The translations under genes and the position numbers were made by a program. Below, in pieces: positions 60,289 to 64,000 of a stretch of DNA of 64,000 bases. The notes under the pieces were generated by a model. The model saw nothing but the letters and a program-made list of their open reading frames with translations. It was not told where the DNA came from and did not search any database. This DNA comes from Halobacteriovoraceae bacterium (GTDB lineage Bacteria > Bdellovibrionota > Bacteriovoracia > Bacteriovoracales > Bacteriovoracaceae), in assembly GCA_963719505.1 (NCBI GenBank), contig CAVRCF010000003.1:288001-352000 (forward strand). Reading direction: 5' to 3'. The number at the start of each line of letters is the position of its first letter. The first letter of the stretch is position 1.

Positions 60289-60317
60289 AGACTACCGCTT
60301 CAAAGGGGTTTTGACAA
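60289..60317 (-). promoter_or_regulatory. Sigma70-type promoter for the DnaA_N gene
   Basis: Minus strand TTGTCA-N17-TAGTCT in the 60-bp gap after hflX. Confidence 0.5.
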
Positions 60318-60321
60318 TGGA

Positions 60322-61629
60322 TTATTTTATCACTTGATCAGGTGCAAGAATATATTCGTGTAAACCTAACTGATTAAAAATAAACTCAGGAACTCTTATT
60401 CTATAGAAGGTGCCTGTCTCATGGTGCTCTTGATTGATGATGTTTGAGTTGGCAATAACTTTTGAATGAGCATCCCCTTTATCATAGGGGATGAACAGAT
60501 CGTGGTGATCTTGTTTATCTAAAAAGTAGTTAATAATATATTCTCTTAGATCAAGCATATCTTGATCATCGAGTGTGCTGACAAGAAATGAAGCCTTAAA
60601 ATTTCTCATGACAATCTTTGGCAAGAAAGGATCTTGAATTTTATCTTTTTTTGTAAAGACCACAATTTGATCTTTTTGCTCGATATTTAATTCCCCAAGA
60701 ACTTCTTGTGTTACTTCAAGATGCTTTTTGTAATTAGGGTCTGATAGATCACAGACAATAATAAGAAGCTCCGCTTCTAAAGCCGAATCAAGAGTGGTTT
60801 TAAAACCGGCAACAAGAGTATTGGGTAAATTTTGAATAAATCCAACCGTGTCGATGAGGATCATTGGTGGCTTTGAATCAGGGTTAAGAGTCCTAAAGGT
60901 TGAATCGAGAGTCGCAAATAACTTATCTTCAGCGAGCACATCAACTTTACAAAGCTTATTCATCAGACTTGATTTACCGGCATTGGTATAGCCGATAAGA
61001 GCGGCTGTGACGGCTTTATTTTGTCTTTTCTTACGTTGTTGAGCTCTTGAGACGGCGATGTCTTTAAGCTGCTTTTTCATAAACTCAATTTTTTCTCGAA
61101 TGATACGACGGTCAAGCTCAAGCTGCTGCTCTCCCTCTCCTTTCATACCAATACCACCTTTTTGCTTTGAGAAGTGATTCCACAAAGACTGAAGCCTTGG
61201 AAGCATATACTGGAGTCTAGAGATTTCAACTTGAATCCTGGCCTCACTGGTTCTCGCGTGATGGGCAAAGATCTCAAGGATAACCATAGATCGATCGATA
61301 ACATCAAGATTGGTAAGCTTTTTAATATTTCTAATTTGACTGGCCGTAAGTTCAAAGTCGAAAACAAGAATTTCACTTCCTTCTTTTTTCGCTTCTTCAG
61401 AAATCTCTATAAGCTTTCCACTTCCAAGCATGGTTGCAGACTCTAGCGAGTTTTTATTTTGAACATACTGGTTTCCAGCTTCAACGCCTAATGTTCGAAG
61501 AAGTTCTTTTAACTCTATCAGGGAGGCGTTTGTTTTTTGAACGGTCTCATATCCTTCAAAACTATCGCATACAATACTCACCATTGAGGCTTTCTTGGAG
61601 AGCTCAACTTTATAGTCATCAAAATTCAT
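60322..61629 (-). CDS. hflX: GTPase HflX
   Basis: ILEIFAHHART.EARIQVE, GYTNAGKSSL, DKLFATLD, DTVGFI. Confidence 0.96.
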   Translation of the reverse strand: MNFDDYKVELSKKASMVSIVCDSFEGYETVQKTNASLIELKELLRTLGVEAGNQYVQNKNSLESATMLGSGKLIEISEEAKKEGSEILVFDFELTASQIRNIKKLTNLDVIDRSMVILEIFAHHARTSEARIQVEISRLQYMLPRLQSLWNHFSKQKGGIGMKGEGEQQLELDRRIIREKIEFMKKQLKDIAVSRAQQRKKRQNKAVTAALIGYTNAGKSSLMNKLCKVDVLAEDKLFATLDSTFRTLNPDSKPPMILIDTVGFIQNLPNTLVAGFKTTLDSALEAELLIIVCDLSDPNYKKHLEVTQEVLGELNIEQKDQIVVFTKKDKIQDPFLPKIVMRNFKASFLVSTLDDQDMLDLREYIINYFLDKQDHHDLFIPYDKGDAHSKVIANSNIINQEHHETGTFYRIRVPEFIFNQLGLHEYILAPDQVIK

Positions 61630-62465
61630 ATCATTACCTCGACATTGTCTAGTAGGCGAACCGTTCCCAATTGCAAATTTCCAAGGATAACAAAATTTGT
61701 ATCTTCGACAACTGCTGGTGTAAAGGTTTCGGCGTTTCTAATCTCAAGATAGTTAAACCTTGAATCTTTTAATTTTTCTTTGATAAAACCTCGAGCAATT
61801 TCCAGTCCTTGTGTTTGAAGGATGAGAAGAATATTGAGAAGAGCTTGTGAGAGATCTAAGCTTTCAATTCTTTGGATATCGTTAAGGTGAATATTTCTAC
61901 TGCTCATAGCGAGTCCATCTTCTTCTCGAATGATGGGCATACCAATGATTTGTATGGGGTGATCTTTTTGTTTAACCAGCTCTTTTACCACGAGAAATTG
62001 TTGATAGTCTTTTTTTCCAAAATATGCTTTTTGAGGCTTAATCAGATTAAAAAGTCGATGAACAACCGTTGCCACTCCATCGAAGTGACCAGGGCGAGTT
62101 TCCCCCTCACTAATGGAGCGCAAATGATCTATTGTCACGTAGTCATTAAAGTCATCGGGGTAGATTACTTTTTCATTTTCAGGGATAAAAAAGTGAATTT
62201 CTTTTTTGGGATACCTTTTTAAAAGGGAGTTTGCTCTTGAAATATCTTCTTCAATCGTTCTTGGATACTCTTGTAAATCTTTTATTTCACCAAACTGCTT
62301 GGGGTTGACAAAAATTGAAATGATTGTCGTCTCATTTTCTTTGAGAGACTCTTCAATTAAAGAGAGGTGACCATTATGCAGATTCCCCATCGTTGGAACA
62401 AAGCCCAAAGTTTTATTATTTTGATCATGAAAAGTTTTAATTTGCTCTAGGGTTGCAAGAATCAT
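61626..62465 (-). CDS. panC: Pantoate--beta-alanine ligase
   Basis: GFVPTMGNLHNGH, SIFVNPKQF, RPGHFDGV, FGKKDYQQ, GLAMSSRN, RLLDN. Confidence 0.96.
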   Translation of the reverse strand: MILATLEQIKTFHDQNNKTLGFVPTMGNLHNGHLSLIEESLKENETTIISIFVNPKQFGEIKDLQEYPRTIEEDISRANSLLKRYPKKEIHFFIPENEKVIYPDDFNDYVTIDHLRSISEGETRPGHFDGVATVVHRLFNLIKPQKAYFGKKDYQQFLVVKELVKQKDHPIQIIGMPIIREEDGLAMSSRNIHLNDIQRIESLDLSQALLNILLILQTQGLEIARGFIKEKLKDSRFNYLEIRNAETFTPAVVEDTNFVILGNLQLGTVRLLDNVEVMI

Positions 62466-63664
62466 AAAAGCTCGAGAATCTTATGGGCAAGCTGACTTTT
62501 AGAAAGAGCGTGGCTTTCAATCACTTTTGCATTTTTAATAAAGTAGTATTCATTTTCATCGGCACCAAATCCTTTTTGTGCACTCGTCGCGCCGCTACTG
62601 ACAACATTTCCCACAAGAAGATCAACGGGCTTTTTGTTCCATTTCTTTATAAAGACGCTCTCATCACTGCTTGATTCAGCTGCAAAGCCGACAACTTTTT
62701 GTTTCTTTCTCGTCTTTAAGACTGAAGCCAAGACATCGACGGCTTGATGGAACTGAAGAGAATTGTTCATCTGATCTTTTTTAAGTTTTGACTGGGAGAG
62801 ATCAAACTCAATATCACTCATCGCCGCTGTTGAGATGTAAAGGTCACAGCGGTAAAAGTGCTGAGTCACAAGATCGTGCATTTTTGCTGTTGTCGCTGCT
62901 TCATAAATTTCTATATTTGGTAGATCTTTTAGATAATCAATTTGGTGAGTGCAATTAAAGCCTTTGATTAAAATCACTTTATAACCAAGCCCTAGGTATT
63001 CTTTGGCAAACTGGTGGCCTGTTAGACCTGTTGAGGCATTAGTAATGAAGCGCACGGGATCTAGTGCACTCATCGTCGCTCCAGTTGTGATAAGAATTGT
63101 TTTATTTTGGGGCTCAAGATTAATGATGGGTGTGACGTCGCAGATGAGTTCTACATCTGAGAGTTTTCCCGCTCCAATATCCCCACAAGCTAATTCACCA
63201 GACTTTGTTGGATGGATAAAGGTATGACTTAAGTCTCCAAGAGTTTTTAAGTTTTTTTGCGTGATCGGATGGGTGAGCATATTCGTATTCATCGCTGGAA
63301 AAATAATACAGGTCTTATCTCCAAGGGCTAAAAAAACACTTGAGAGAAGATCGTCACAAAATCCACCAGCAAGCTTGGCCAAAGTATTGGCACTGGCCGG
63401 AGCGATTAAGAGTCGATCACACCATTTGACCAGATCGATATGCAAAACTTTAGTATCACTTTCGTATTGATCGAGATTAAAATCATCTCCTGCTGTGTAA
63501 ACGTTTTTAGCACCAAGATAGTGAAAGGCTTTTGGGTTTAAAAATTCAGTGGCTCCACGGGAGACGATGACGCGCACTTCATGACCAGACTTTGAAAGTC
63601 CACGACAAATATCGAGCGCTTTATAAGCGGAAATTGAACCAGTGACGGCCAAAAGAATTTTCAT
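62462..63664 (-). CDS. coaBC: Phosphopantothenoylcysteine decarboxylase/synthetase
   Basis: TGSISAYK, APASAN, PAMN, LACGDIGAGK, DPVRFITNASTG, GFAAE. Confidence 0.95.
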   Translation of the reverse strand: MKILLAVTGSISAYKALDICRGLSKSGHEVRVIVSRGATEFLNPKAFHYLGAKNVYTAGDDFNLDQYESDTKVLHIDLVKWCDRLLIAPASANTLAKLAGGFCDDLLSSVFLALGDKTCIIFPAMNTNMLTHPITQKNLKTLGDLSHTFIHPTKSGELACGDIGAGKLSDVELICDVTPIINLEPQNKTILITTGATMSALDPVRFITNASTGLTGHQFAKEYLGLGYKVILIKGFNCTHQIDYLKDLPNIEIYEAATTAKMHDLVTQHFYRCDLYISTAAMSDIEFDLSQSKLKKDQMNNSLQFHQAVDVLASVLKTRKKQKVVGFAAESSSDESVFIKKWNKKPVDLLVGNVVSSGATSAQKGFGADENEYYFIKNAKVIESHALSKSQLAHKILELL

Positions 63665-64000
63665 TTATTTCACCATATTTTTTATAAAAAACAGTGCCTT
63701 ATGTATCAAATTTTCATCAACTTGTAAGGGGGAAGAAGAGGATTTTGGAAGATAGTTAAAAAGAGGTTTCGCGTTTCCACCTGTAATTACAATGACTTCG
63801 TAGTTTTCGAGGCTTATGACTTTCTCAATAGGTGTAAGATAACTCAATATTGCTCCTCGCGAAACGGCTTCCATCGTTGAATGAGGTCGCTTTAAGTAGA
63901 GGTCAAAGTCTCCTTGAGCTTGGGGAAGATTGGCCCCTCGAAGATAAGATTTTTCGATAATTTCAAGTCCCGCAAGTATATAGCCCCCAGCAAAGCCCAT
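63665..64000 (-). CDS. coaX: Type III pantothenate kinase, C-terminal part (gene starts beyond the window)
   Basis: GGYILAG...HSTMEAVSRG...ITGGNA...DENLI; upstream of coaBC. Confidence 0.75.
   Translation of the reverse strand: MGFAGGYILAGLEIIEKSYLRGANLPQAQGDFDLYLKRPHSTMEAVSRGAILSYLTPIEKVISLENYEVIVITGGNAKPLFNYLPKSSSSPLQVDENLIHKALFFIKNMVK

Noticed and set aside
59797-60320. Replication origin near the DnaA_N gene
   Set aside because: No cluster of TTATCCACA-type DnaA boxes and no dnaA-dnaN context seen
1836-63470. Many short alternate-frame or antisense ORFs in the ORF track (for example 3224-3505, 34020-34352, 44882-45223, 61872-62222)
   Set aside because: They lie inside well-supported genes and show no RBS or family motifs

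Overview
AT-rich bacterial chromosomal segment whose gene content and order point to a predatory Bdellovibrionota, probably Bacteriovoracaceae/Halobacteriovorax-like (inference). It carries a flagellar fliL-fliM-fliN-fliO-fliP-fliQ-fliR-flhB-flhA-flhF-flhG-fliA operon, a Bd3459/Bd0816-type DacB endopeptidase, dsbA, HU, feoAB, clpSA, a histone H1-like protein, pepD, deaD, aspS, mutS, lptC/A-lptB-rpoN-hpf, lemA-M48 peptidase, a cobalamin riboswitch-btuB unit and coaX-coaBC-panC-hflX. Several blocks (about 10.5-16.1 kb, 25.3-27.1 kb, 33.1-33.3 kb, 52.9-53.0 kb, 55.8-56.4 kb) are full of single-base indels that look like unpolished long-read errors rather than true decay. No rRNA, tRNA, CRISPR array, integrase or transposase was seen. 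The best leads are: a stand-alone DnaA domain I protein with its own promoter; an FlhF whose GTP-binding motifs are all degenerate; an orphan minus-strand sRNA candidate with a CU-rich anti-SD-like tract and a shared palindromic operator; CsrA-type GGA-loop hairpins in the flagellar operon; a degenerate UvrC/GIY-YIG-like protein; a sigma28-type promoter ahead of a three-gene secreted-protein operon; and two unannotated small ORFs. None of these is proven without the searches listed.
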